A stretch of DNA of 63,958 bases, the filler included, from Octopus bimaculoides (taxonomy: Eukaryota), in assembly GCF_001194135.2 (NCBI RefSeq). It is 4 parts of 4 records of this genome, joined end to end, with 100 filler letters (N's around TTAATTAATTAA, not from the genome) between each part and the next. Parts side by side here need not be neighbours in the genome. Positions count along the whole stretch, not along the records: positions 32,360 to 62,856 come from NC_068984.1; positions 62,957 to 63,958 come from NW_026430666.1; 2 more parts are not named here. One strand, 5' to 3'. Shown here in pieces: positions 52,040-63,958 of this stretch. The number at the start of each line of letters is the position of its first letter. The stretch's first letter is position 1. The position numbers were made by a program, and so were the translations under genes. Below the pieces are notes generated by a model. It saw only the letters and a list, made by a program, of their open reading frames with translations, searched no databases and was not told the origin of the DNA.

Positions 52040-53455
52040 GTAAATCTGACAAGAAACCACCTCAGCAGCCAACCTGAACTCAATGATCTAGTTCGTGATC
52101 TAACACTTACTAAGCAACAGAGTGAAGTCCTGGCCTAACGTCTGCAACAATAGAACCTGTTGGACGAAGATGCTCGAATTACAGTATCTAGTAAGCGTTC
52201 TGCAGATCTACAATTCTTCACTTTGGAAAACAACTTGACTTATTGTAATTATATCAGAGACCTATCCAATGCCCTTGAGCTGACCTATGAACTACATGGG
52301 TGGAGGTTATTCATATATGCATCCCTTTACAGCATAAAAGCGGTTCTGTTGCATATTGGGAATACCATGCCTTCAGTTCCAATTGGTCGCTCAGTAATTT
52401 TAAGAGGGACATATGAGAACCTTGCTTTTATTCTAGACTGCATAAGTGGCTAATTTGTGTGGACCTGAAAGTAGTAGCCCTACTTAATGGACTATAAACT
52501 GGATACACCAAGTTTATGTGCTTCCTTTGAAAGTGGGACTGTATGGCCAGATCAGAACATTATGTACGCTCAGAATGGCCACCTCGGGAAACTCTGACGC
52601 CTGGATGCCATAATATAAATCACGAGCCACTAGTTAAGAAGGAGAAAATCATTTTGCCACCACTGCATATAAAACTAGGCCAAATGAAGCAATTTTTCAA
52701 AGCACTGCAACATAACAAGCCATGTTTCCAGTACCTCAAGGCGATCTTCCCTAACATTGGTGATGCCGAGATTAAAGAGAGCATATCCGTAGGCCCTCAG
52801 ATTCGTCAGCTTATAGCTGATGAGGACTTCGAGGCGACAATGGATGAAACTGAGCTCGAGGCCTGGCATACATTCAAAGATGTATGCAAAAGACTTCTGG
52901 GAAAGCACCAAGTGGCACAGCGAGGGAGTATAGTGGAGAGCCTAATCAAGTGCTACCCAGATTATGGATGCAATATGTCACTGAAGATACACTTTCTTCA
53001 TTCTCATCTGTCCTTCTTCCCAGAGAATGCAGGAGATGTGAGTGATGAACATGGAAAGAGGTTTCATCAAGATTTTGCGTCAATGGAAAACAGGTATAAG
53101 GGAAAACGGAGCCCAGCTATGCTGGCTGACTTCTGCTGCAACTTGAAGCGTCATACGCATGAGACGTCTTATAAACGAGGAAGTAAATACTAAAATGTAG
53201 GTTGATACATTGTATAATTCTAAAAAACATGCTGATTCATTATATATTTATGAATTAATTACAATGGACATATTTAATTTGACTTTGGGAGCAAAATATC
53301 GTGGAAATTGGTATAAATTGCATAGTTATTATGGCGGTAATTTACAAGAAAATGTGACGTGATGGGAAATTTTTGTTATAAAATTCGAATTTAGCACAAT
53401 AAAATGTACATGAGAACTATGTCTTTCTCTTGACCCTGAAATTTGTTGTTCAGTG
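52040..53455 (+). mobile_element. Chapaev3-like (CMC superfamily) DNA transposon relic with right TIR
   Basis: QPELNDLVRDL..WRLFIYAS..KAVLLH.GN..CVDLKV..GYTKFMCFL..LPPLHIKLG..MSLKIHFLHSH..SDEHGKRFHQ with stops and a frameshift; right end reads CACTGAACAACAAATTTCAGGGTCAAG on the minus strand; superfamily call from recalled motifs. Confidence 0.8.
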
Positions 53456-53924
53456 CTATTTAAAACACAAAGCAAAGTATCTTTATAAAATATACCAGAA
53501 AGAATGACGCGATTGTCTAGTCAAGACAAAGAAGGCCATTTTTAGCGATCTGTACTCACACACGAAAATATTTCTCACATCTATGAACCCCCTTCAGTGC
53601 GAAGTGTAACGGTAGTCTGTCGAGTCCGAGAAAGACGGTTCTGAAATTTCTTGCTGAACCACCTGCACAGGTGAGTTGTCTATAGTGATCAAATCTATGT
53701 GATGTACATTAGCTCACTCCGCCATCAAACCGACATTGCCTGTACAGGTGCATGGTGTGCCACACGTCAGATGTTGAATAAATCGTGGAGGTGAAGTGTT
53801 TGCTCAAGAACACAATGCACTGTTCGGTACGGAAAACCCACCCACGATCTCGCGATCGTCAATGCAACACCCGAATCACTAAGCCACGTGCCCTCACACG
53901 AATCAGCACATAATAAGCTTGTAA

Positions 53925-54088
53925 ATCCTTTTTACTATAGGCATAGGGCCTGAAATTTTGGGGAATGGTTTCATTGATTTCAGTGTTTAATTGATACTTA
54001 TTCATCGACTCCGTAAAGATGAAAGGCATAGTCGACCTCGGTGGAATTTGAACTCAGAATATAAGGCCGGGAAAAATGCCGTTAAGCA
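53925..54088 (-). mobile_element. SINE B
   Basis: Family motifs. Confidence 0.8.
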
Positions 54089-54946
54089 AGACACTTTATT
54101 TCACGTTGCTCAGTTTACTCAGCTGCAGAAATGAGCTGCGACATCACTGGTGCCAAGTTGTATCGGCCTTTGTCTTTCCCTTGAATAACATCGGTGGCTT
54201 GGAGAGGGGGAAGACTAGTATACATGGGCGACTGCTGGTCTTCCTTGGAAGATAACTTTCTATATGAAATCCCATGGTCAGTATTGACAGAAGGGGGTCT
54301 TTACTCTTTTTTACTTTATTTTGCCAACCTTCTGTGTTCTTGAACTGTCTGTTGAATCTCCTGTGATGTGCTGGTTGCTGCTGACATCTGAAGAACCAAA
54401 ACAAACCCTGACGTCATAACCTCTTGACATAGGATGATCACATGGAGTTTCATCTTTTTCACGTCACACCAACATCAGTAGTTTTAAGTTGCATACATAA
54501 TGACATTGTTACTGAAACATGAAATTAATGACTCTTGAATACAATTAACATATATTATAAGTAATGAAATATTTAGCGTAATGTAAGAGAAATGAGTTAA
54601 AAATTGTTTGGTATGTATCACGTCGCCTTTTTCCACTCACCTAAGAACCTGGCTACCCTAATGGTGGTCTTATTTGCACCAGGTACCAAGCCGGTATTCG
54701 TATTAGACTCGCAATTTTATATTGGGTCGCGTATACAAGTAGCTGCAATGGGGCTCCTTCGAAGTATCTTCTGGAGTAACGTTGCTCGACTGAATGCAGA
54801 GCTCGGAGATCAGGAAGGAATCACATTTAGGAATCCAGTCTGAAAGTTTAATAACGTTTGTTTCTGATAGGACACTGTGGAGGAAGTGTCTTAGCACTCT
54901 ACCCCCACGATCTTCCCAGAAATATTGGGTGGAGATGAATGGATAG

Positions 54947-55150
54947 AAAAATTTCGATTGTGTCTCCGATTTCGTTTCAGAGTTTTATTCTTGTTGATAG
55001 CGTATCACTCGAATTTGTCAGGGTATGTAAAAAATTTCGATTGTGTCTCCGCTTTCGTTCCGTCGTTAAATTTGTATTTTGCGTAACGCTCGAACCAGTT
55101 TCATAATGTTCAAATTTTCAATTATGTCTTCTTCGACTTCGTTCCGCAAT
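54947..55150. repeat. Two to three diverged ~82-bp tandem units
   Basis: AAAAATTTCGATTGTGTCTCCG at ~54947 and ~55030, degenerate copy at ~55111. Confidence 0.7.
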
Positions 55151-55799
55151 AAAGTTTGTTTAAAGTTGACAACTTGAAAACATAGTCACGAGCTAAATAA
55201 ACGATATACTTGTAAGTCTAAACTCAAGCTTGTTCCGCATATTTTCCCTCAATACTTCATCATATCTCTCCCTCTGATGTATCATTGTTTGCCTGTATTT
55301 TTCAATGCATTATTCTGTTTTAGATCGTACAATTAGATATTTTATATCTACTTTTCTTATCATATTTTTTCTTTCATCACAACTCAAATAATTATTCGCA
55401 GAATTTACTTTGCCCCCTCAGCAACAAATGCGTAAACAATACAACAGTTAAGAAAAATCTTATCATAAAAAATTATCAAAATATGTTTAACTCGTTTAGT
55501 TCATACAACTCCAAACATAGACATTATTCAATCAGTACTGATTAAATTTTAAATAACTTAAATACAACCACATGAAAGACACTACTAATACGTCAGAATT
55601 TACACATTTCTATCAATAGTTTTTATACCCATCCTGTATAAAAGCTCTTCTCTAAAGTTAAAAAAGGGTTATGCCAATTCTTCACAATGTTATTAACATT
55701 ATTAATTCTCCTTTTATATAACGTGTGATTTTCTTACAATAATATTCTTTTTCATAACATCTCTAAAAAATTGTAAATCCTTGCAATTTCAATATATTT

Positions 55800-56870
55800 T
55801 AGTTTTCTTTACATTTTAAAATTACCAACGCTTTTTTTTTTTTCTGAACTTCAAATCTCGTGAGTTGGCCAACTGGAGTTTCAGGGTCATTTTGCAAGGA
55901 ATAACGATGTGACCCCTTACTCCACATACAGGCGGTCTTCCTTCCACCACTATTCTCAACCTTGCTTCGTCCGGCAGTATCAGTTCTTCCGCAATCTTGT
56001 GGAGGCCTGGCAAGCTTATATGGGTCAATCAATATCTCTAGTTCATACCCCCAACAGTTCACCTCCGTAGTTCTTGTTATTTTCAATATCTCAATGTCTT
56101 CCTCTGTGTTGAAGAGGATGGCTGCCACGAGCCACGCCTCATCAATTTCTGGGGGAACCCTACCTATTCTTATTCTGGCCGCACGTTTGCCACAGTAAGT
56201 CGGTAGTAGTGCCCATTCCGCTGATCTCAAATGCACAGTGGAGTATTTTCTCGCTTCCTCTTCACTCACGAAGCGTACGTCCTCTGTGCCGTATTACCTT
56301 CCTCTGGTGTAGTACGTCGTAATGTTCTTAATTCCTCTCAGGTATTCCTCGACCGCTGCTATTTCCACCTTTTTTGATGCAATATTCAATGTTCTGTACA
56401 CAATTGTTTCCTTCTCCGTTCTTTCTAACACTTCTTTGGGAGGCGTCAACTTCAGGCTATCGCCCTCTTTTATCATTAAATCATTGTATTTCTTGAAGTT
56501 TTTCTCCTTCAATTTAATTTCTGTAACTTGCAGTACCTCCGCCGACAGGCCCACGCCAGTTACCGCCTACACCGGTGCGCCCTCCACACTATTCACAACT
56601 TCACCCACAAATGGGGAAGAAAATCAGAAACGGCAACAAGTTCAACAATTACAGGTAACAACAATCCAACAATTCAACAAACAACAGCCAAACAACAACA
56701 GCACGGAGCGCACACACCTCCAACTCACAAACTCGAACAAAACATCAACGACAATGTCCAACGTCCTCTCAACGATTAGCAAGAGATAATTTTTTAAATG
56801 CGAATATCTGAAATAAACTCGACTGCTCTCACAAACGAGAATACTAAAAATGAACCCGACCACTCTCAAA
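55800..56870 (-). pseudogene. 5' portion of a non-LTR retrotransposon: 5' UTR plus Gag-like ORF1 with degenerate zinc knuckle
   Basis: ORFs 56294-56554 and 55799-56269 join through a stop; ..RIRIGRVPPEIDEAWL.. then, after a frameshift, RIVVEGRPPVC-GVRGHIVIPC (CCHC-like with deletion). Confidence 0.65.
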
Positions 56871-57171
56871 ATTTTTTAAAAAACAACAAAAAAACAAAAA
56901 AAAACAGGAAAAATAATCTAGAATCCTTGTCCGGTACCTGATAGATCCCAGTGGTAGTCATGGAATGTGAAGGTGGCTGTAGAAAATTTACTAATTTAGT
57001 AACAGTAATAAATAGTTTATCCTTATCTAATACAAGCCAAAGTTAACAGATTCACCATTCAAAATAGTTTCAAAGGCAGAGGTAATAAGTTCTACTCAAG
57101 AATTTTTAAATGAATAACATGAAACCTTTTGGTTTTCTCTTCTCTTAAATTCCGGCCTTCCTTTAATATTC

Positions 57172-57387
57172 CGGGATGGGCTACTTGACCTGAAGAAAAT
57201 TCTAACTGGACCCCACCTGCAAGGTCACGCGCTGTTAATCTTGATGTGAGATCATCATGTCCCTCACATATGGTTGTGATGCATATGCCTGGTGTACCCT
57301 TATCAGACGGGTAGTCATGATGGGTATACTGGGCTTCGTATATTTTACCCCAGTGTCACTTTCATGGCATGCACTGCTCTCTCACTC
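57172..57387 (+). mobile_element. 5'-truncated copy of the (AAT)n-flanked element
   Basis: Same 3' terminus CTCTCTCACTC followed by (AAT)n. Confidence 0.85.
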
Positions 57388-57935
57388 AATAATAATAATA
57401 ATAATAATAGTAATAATAAAAGCTTCAAACTTTGGCACAATGCCAGCAACTTCGGAGAAGGAGGTAAGTCGATTTCATCCACCCTAGTACTCACCTGGTA
57501 CTTCCGGTCTCGGAATTGAAACCAGGATCTCGCGATCGTGAGTGTAACACCCTAACTACTAGGCCATGCGTAGGTGGTGATCAACAGTAGAGGAAACTAT
57601 TATGAAGAAGTACTTTGATTAGATTGTAAATAAAATAATAGATTTTAAAATCGATTTTAGCGTTCGATTTCTTTTGGACAGACGTCGTACTTATTTGAAA
57701 GAGCATGGAGTATTTGTAGTGTTTAGTTCATACCTTCCCATGATTCCAGCGCAAATTGCACCGAGGTCGTTAGTGTTCTTCATTTCTCTGAAATCGATAA
57801 AATAACTACCAGCAATATACTGTGGACAGATTCAATTAACTCAAGCGCCACTCCTTTACAAACATAAAACTTTATGAATGCTCAGAATTAATCAATGATG
57901 ATGATGATGAAGATGATGGTTGTTATTGCACATAA

Positions 57936-57984
<49 letters not shown>

Positions 57985-59428
57985 TACATACATACATACA
58001 TACATACATACATACATACACAGAACAGCTTCTAAAGACCACCATTATATTTCACTTATATTTCACTTCGGTTCGGTGGAAACTATGAAAAGGACACTCT
58101 GGTTTCACCTGCACTCATTAATTGGTACACTATGTTCCTTATATATTGTTACTGTTATATCATAGAGCTTTGTTCAAATATATGCAGTGCATGTTTATGG
58201 CTGGTTGAGGGATGGGCTGTACACAAACGCAATTCACTTTCAGTTTCATTATTATTATTATTTTTGTGATTATAAATCTAGTTTTGTCATGTGTCACAGA
58301 ACAGTTCGCCAATGTCAAACACATTAATTTTGTTTACACAGAAATTTATCAATAGCCGTTGGATTCTTTTATCTCCTCAATCACATTCGCAATTAAACTG
58401 CAAAATAACGTTGGAATCAAGGAAAGAAAAAAGAAAAAAGAAAATAAGAGCAGAAAGTAACTATTTTGGAGCATTCCTTCGGAGATGGTATAACCAAACT
58501 GAAATTATATCTTCGGCAATTTCCGTAAAAAATTTTTTTACCTTTTTAATTTTTTTTTTTTTTTTTTTTNNNNNNNNNNNNNNNNNNNNNNNNNNNNNNN
58601 NNNNNNNNNNNNNNNNNNNNNNNNNNNNNNNNNNNNNNNNNNNNNNNNNNNNNNNNNNNNNNNNNNNNNNNNNNNNNNNNNNNNNNNNNNNNNNNNNNNN
58701 NNNNNNNNNNNNNNNNNNNNNNNNNNNNNNNNNNNNNNNNNNNNNNNNNNNNNNNNNNNNNNNNNNNNNNNNNNNNNNNNNNNNNNNNNNNNNNNNNNNN
58801 NNNNNNNNNNNNNNNNNNNNNNNNNNNNNNNNNNNNNNNNNNNNNNNNNNNNNNNNNNNNNNNNNNNNNNNNNNNNNNNNNNNNNNNNNNNNNNNNNNNN
58901 NNNNNNNNNNNNNNNNNNNNNNNNNNNNNNNNNNNNNNNNNNNNNNNNNNNNNNNNNNNNNNNNNNNNNNNNNNNNNNNNNNNNNNNNNNNNNNNNNNNN
59001 NNNNNNNNNNNNNNNNNNNNNNNNNNNNNNNNNNNNNNNNNNNNNNNNNNNNNNNNNNNNNNNNNNNNNNNNNNNNNNNNNNNNNNNNNNNNNNNNNNNN
59101 NNNNNNNNNNNNNNNNNNNNNNNNNNNNNNNNNNNNNNNNNNNNNNNNNNNNNNNNNNNNNNNNNNNNNNNNNNNNNNNNNNNNNNNNNNNNNNNNNNNN
59201 NNNNNNNNNNNNNNNNNNNNNNNNNNNNNNNNNNNNNNNNNNNNNNNNNNNNNNNNNNNNNNNNNNNNNNNNNNNNNNNNNNNNNNNNNNNNNNNNNNNN
59301 NNNNNNNNNNNNNNNNNNNNNNNNNNNNNNNNNNNNNNNNNNNNNNNNNNNNNNNNNNNNNNNNNNNNNNNNNNNNNNNNNNNNNNNNNNNNNNNNNNNN
59401 NNNNNNNNNNNNNNNNNNNNNNNNNNNN

Positions 59429-59650
59429 TAGTTCTCGGGGATATTCAGCGTGACACAGTGTGACAAGGCTGACCCTTTGAATTACAGGTACAACAGAAAC
59501 AGGAAGTAAGAGTGAGAGAAAGTTGTGGTGAAAGAGAACCAGCAGGGTTCGCCACCATCCCCTGCCGGAGCCTCGTGGAGCTTTAGGCGTTTTCGCTCAA
59601 TAAACACTCACAACGCCCGGTCTGGGAATCGAAACCGCTGGGCCATTGCG
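59429..59650 (-). mobile_element. SINE family E fragment
   Basis: Matches 62482-62856; reverse B-box GGTTTCGATTCCC. Confidence 0.8.
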
Positions 59651-60279
59651 CCTCCACACACTCAGTCACACACATACGTAAATACACACATCTTTTGTTT
59701 TCACGAATCGCGTATGTTTGTGTATTTTGTGTGTATGTATGTGTCTCTGTGTGCATGTATATTTGCGTGGGTAAGTTTATGTATATGCTTATGTGCATGT
59801 ATGTATATATGTGTATGTATTTGCATATTATATATATTAGTGTTTATGTCGGTGCCTTGTGCCGAACCGTTAAGTCAACACCAAAAACAAATCCTCGGTG
59901 AAATAATTATAATGAAATGATGGTTGACGATAATTACCCTGAGGCGCTACCGGCACAAAAACGTAACAGTTAAGTTCTAGCCGTCATACTTGGTGCAGTG
60001 GAGGGGAATCTAATTAATTGATATTTATGCGGCGATATTTCAATGCCTAACAACAGTCGTCACTTGCCAGCCAGTATGACGTGGTAGCGTGTATCATACT
60101 TTCGCTGATTGATGTAGATGCCTGTGTAGTCGCAAACAGACGTAGATACGCTCTGGGTCCTCCTACCCTTGACTCAGGGTAAAAAGAATGTGACAACCCG
60201 GGGAGAGGGGGTTTTATCAGCATTCAGCTGATACTCATTACAGGTGAGTGGATTGAAGCAATGTAAAATATGATGCCTT

Positions 60280-60972
60280 AACTCTTTTACTCTTTTACTT
60301 TTTTCAGTCATTGGACTACGGCCATGCTGGAGCACCGCCTTTAGTCGAGCAAATCGACCCCAGGACTTATTCTTTGTAAGCCTAGTACTTATTCTATCGG
60401 TCTCTTTTGCCGAACCGCTAAGTTACGGGGGACGTAAACGCACCAGCATCGGTTGTCAAGCGATGTTGGGGGGACAAGCACAGACACACAAACATACACG
60501 CACACACACACACACACACACACATACACACACACATACATNNNNNNNNNNNNNNNNNNNNNNNNNNNNNNNNNNNNNNNNNNNNNNNNNNNNNNNNNNN
60601 NNNNNNNNNNNNNNNNNNNNNNNNNNNNNNNNNNNNNNNNNNNNNNNNNNNNNNNNNNNNNNNNNNNNNNNNNNNNNNNNNNNNNNNNNNNNNNNNNNNN
60701 NNNNNNNNNNNNNNNNNNNNNNNNNNNNNNNNNNNNNNNNNNNNNNNNNNNNNNNNNNNNNNNNNNNNNNNNNNNNNNNNNNNNNNNNNNNNNNNNNNNN
60801 NNNNNNNNATATATACGACGGGCTTCTTTCAGTTTCCGTCTACCAAATCCACTCACAAGGCTTTGGTCGGCCCGAGGCTATAGTAGAAGACACTTGCTCA
60901 AGGTGCCACGCAGTGGGACTGAACCCAGAACCCTGTGGTTGGTAAGCAAGCTACTTACCACACAGCCACTCC
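60280..60972 (-). mobile_element. Young full-length SINE A with gap in its internal microsatellite
   Basis: Close match to family consensus on both sides of the gap. Confidence 0.9.
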
Positions 60973-61545
60973 TACGCACATGCTGAAGGACACAACACAT
61001 CGCCCAGTTCACTTATGGTGAGACCAATATCCTAATCACAAGATCACGTGACTTCATATTTCAGTAATTAATATTTTAATTAATGATATAATATGTTAAT
61101 GCTTAGCGCCATTTTGTCAGTCTTTACGTTCTGAAGTCAAATACCGCTGGGGTCATCTCTACCTTTTATCTTTCGGGGTCAATAAAATAAGTACTTATAA
61201 TTTAAGCCTGGTACTTAATCTATTCTATCGGTGTCTTTTTCCAAACTGCTAAGTCAACACCAAAAACAAATAGTCAGCAAAGGAATTATAACGAAATAAA
61301 TACTTATTCTATCTAGCTCTGCCGAAATTGCTGGCCTTGTGTCAAAATTTGATTTTGGTAATCGCGATAATATAGACATGTTTCGGTCTTATATGTCCTC
61401 AGCAAAACATAGCCTTCTGTGCAGTTGCTAAAATTACGAATAAGAAACTACAACGATCTACAATAATGTACACGAGTAGGCGTTAGAAATTATTATCACA
61501 ATTATTAAGGTGAATTACACAGAGAACTATCCGCGCGAAAAATAA

Positions 61546-61682
61546 CAGTCAAATTAGTGCCATCATGCTTAATGTTGTGAGAATAAAAAATCTAATTATC
61601 AATTAATAATCTCCTCATCGCATAGACATGATTAATTGAATTTTCTTTCTCAGTAGTTAGTATAATGGCACTAACTTGACTG
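61546..61682. repeat. Small foldback element (18-bp near-perfect IR extending degenerately inward)
   Basis: CAGTCAAATTAGTGCCAT / ATGGCACTAACTTGACTG. Confidence 0.65.
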
Positions 61683-62481
61683 CAAAACAAAATAGTCACT
61701 GCATGGATGCAGCTGTCTTTATGGCGGTTGGATGGGTAACAAGAACAGAAAAGTGTGTTACAATGTAGATCAAAAGGACTAGAACATTCTCACATTCTCT
61801 TGTAGCATCAATGATTTTCAGAATATCGTTGGAGTGGGGTGGATAGGTGGAGTTGGTGAGAGCGGTGTTGTCGGAATGAGACGAAATCGGTGCAAACTCC
61901 AGTCTGCAGCTGATGAAGGGAATGTTGCGCAGTACCATTATATCAAACCCAAACTCCAAATACTACTACTACTACTACTTTAGACACTAGAAACCTCAAG
62001 CTAGAATTAGAATCCCTGTGAAAAACAAATTACGTTATATATATATATATNNNNNNNNNNNNNNNNNNNATATACAATAGTTAAGGAAAGTAGTAGATAA
62101 GATTCGGGCTACATATGTTTCATAGCGAGCGGAACATCAGAAGTGGTAAATATCCAGGGGAGGTGTTTACTGCAGGCTGCTCTTCAGGCCAGAGATATCT
62201 TGATTAGATGAAATGTTACACTGTCACAAAGAGGTACATGATAACACATGCAAAATTCAATCAGAATGCTTATTCACATACTCGGCAACCGTGGTTGCCT
62301 ACCGTGAAATATAAAAAGAACATTTTTTCAATTTATTGTACTTCGATAAGAAAAAAATTCATAACCTTCCGTCTCAATAAACTACTACCGTCTCTGAAAG
62401 TTTTTATATATATTTATTACGGTTTGCATGAAGCTAACTTTCTTCCTACATCTCAATCCTTGGATTTTATATATATGTTGT

Positions 62482-62856
62482 TGTTGTGTTGGCACTCCGT
62501 CGCTTACGACGTCGAGGGCTCCAGTTAATCCGATCAACGGAACAGCCAGCTCGTGAAATTAATGTGAAAGTGGCCGAGCACTCCACAGACACGTGTACCC
62601 TTAACGTAGTTCTTGGGGATATTCAGCGTGACACAGCGTGACACAGCGTGACAAGGCTGACCCTTTGAATTACAGGTACAACAGAAACAGGAAGAAAGAG
62701 TACGAGAAAGTTGTGGTGAAAGAGTACAGCAGGGTTCGCTACCATCCTCTGCCGGAGCCTCGTGGAACTTTAGGTGTTTTCGCTCAATGAACACTCACAA
62801 TGCCCGGTCTGGGAATCGAAACCGCGAGTCCGCTGCCCTAACCACTGGGCCATTGC
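62482..62856 (-). mobile_element. SINE family E, near full length, (CAA)n tail
   Basis: Minus strand GCAATGGCCCAGTGGTTAGG..GGTTTCGATTCCC head. Confidence 0.85.
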
Positions 62857-62956
62857 NNNNNNNNNNNNNNNNNNNNNNNNNNNNNNNNNNNNNNNNNNNN
62901 TTAATTAATTAANNNNNNNNNNNNNNNNNNNNNNNNNNNNNNNNNNNNNNNNNNNN
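62857..62956. other. In-silico scaffold join spacer
   Basis: 44 N + TTAATTAATTAA (62901-62912) + 44 N. Confidence 0.9.
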
Positions 62957-63192
62957 CTGGCTCCTCTGCAGGTGGCACATAAAAAACACCATTTGAGCAT
63001 GGCCGTCGCCAGTACCACCTGACTGGCCCTTGGGCTGGTGGCATGTAAAAGCACCCACTACTCTCTTGGAGTGGTTGGCGTTAGGAAGGGCATCCAGCTG
63101 TAGAAACTCTGCCAGATCGGATTGGAGCCTGGTGCAGCCATCTGGCTCGCCAGTCCTCACTCAAACCGTCCAACCAATGCCAGCATAAACGT

Positions 63193-63222
<30 letters not shown>
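62957..63222 (+). mobile_element. SINE family D with (GAT)n tail
   Basis: GGAGTGGTTGGCGTTAGGAAGGGCATCCAGCTGTAGAAAC. Confidence 0.8.
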
Positions 63223-63224
<2 letters not shown>

Positions 63225-63225
63225 G

Positions 63226-63259
<34 letters not shown>

Positions 63260-63263
<4 letters not shown>

Positions 63264-63461
63264 GGATGCTGAAAAGTTCCTGAATTTAAGGGGCCATGAA
63301 AGGCCTGGCTGGAGGTTGAATCTTCTGAGTTCTTATTTTACAGGGCATAGCAAAAACTGAAGGACTGCTGCAATTAGTGTGCAAGTTTGAGAGAGGAATA
63401 TGTTGAATAAAATCATAATTAACTGATCATACCATACTTTCTTTTACCCAAAGCCAGGAAC
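63260..63461 (+). mobile_element. mariner-derived short element
   Basis: TA|AGGGGATGCTGAAAAGTTCC left TIR; C-terminal relic CN*CASLREEYVE*; partial right TIR AAAGCCAGGAAC. Confidence 0.65.
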
Positions 63462-63958
63462 ACGTGTCTATGGATGGGTGTGGGAATAAGTGCATGCACT
63501 TTTCTGTGTAATTCATTCATTCTTTCATAGAATCACTCATCAATGCATTATTTTTAGGTGCCAATGGCCTGACCGAGCAAAAATGTGCGAGAATCATTAA
63601 GCGTGTATGTATGTGTGTGAATATCGGATTGCTTAAGTGTATAGAGTGTGTCTACATATGATCAGTAATAATTGGAGTTTACAGATACTGCATATGGCTA
63701 AGCTTCTAACTCTACCAATTCTGGAAGCCTACCATCCCGTAACCAATGTACACATATGACTCATAATTCACTATGATCCTTGCACATTCCTGACAGCCAA
63801 ACCACTAAGAGAAGGTTATGATTCTTCCAATGATCTACATGAGGAGGATATTCCAATATGTACTTTTACTGAAATACCAGCTTTGATGGTAAAGTGCTTT
63901 TATAGATTTCTGATTTGTGCAGAATGCAGTATGTACATATATATATATATATATATAT

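Noticed and set aside
52814-52835. CTGATGAG motif
   Set aside because: Inside transposase coding sequence, with no GAAA or helices

Overview
AT-rich animal (eukaryotic) genomic DNA from a gappy short-read assembly. The SINE families, microsatellite load and LINE/DNA-transposon relics fit an octopus genome (inference from recalled repeat families, not a database hit). No intact host gene, rRNA, bona fide tRNA or CRISPR array can be supported; almost all listed ORFs are microsatellite or N-gap artefacts. The window is four pieces joined by identical 100-bp spacers (44 N + TTAATTAATTAA + 44 N at 22239, 32260, 62857), so adjacency across them is not guaranteed. Content: dozens of tRNA-headed SINEs from about 6 families; relics of an RTE-like RT, an R4/Dong-like restriction-like endonuclease, a LINE ORF1 (zinc knuckle), a Chapaev3-like (CMC) transposase and mariner transposases; several MITEs (Mutator-like, hAT, pogo/Tigger, unclassified). 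Most interesting: (1) hammerhead ribozyme motifs in Penelope-like repeats (one nearly complete at 182-267); (2) a ~550-bp element always found in (AAT)n tracts, once abutting a Dong/R4-like endonuclease relic, suggesting a TAA-targeting autonomous/non-autonomous pair; (3) a mariner foldback built from two 5' ends; (4) two near-perfect hairpins (8143-8227, 15207-15309); (5) a divergent pair of CTCF-like motifs; (6) a solo-LTR-like insert dense in ETS/CRE/E-box motifs. None is shown to be new without database searches.
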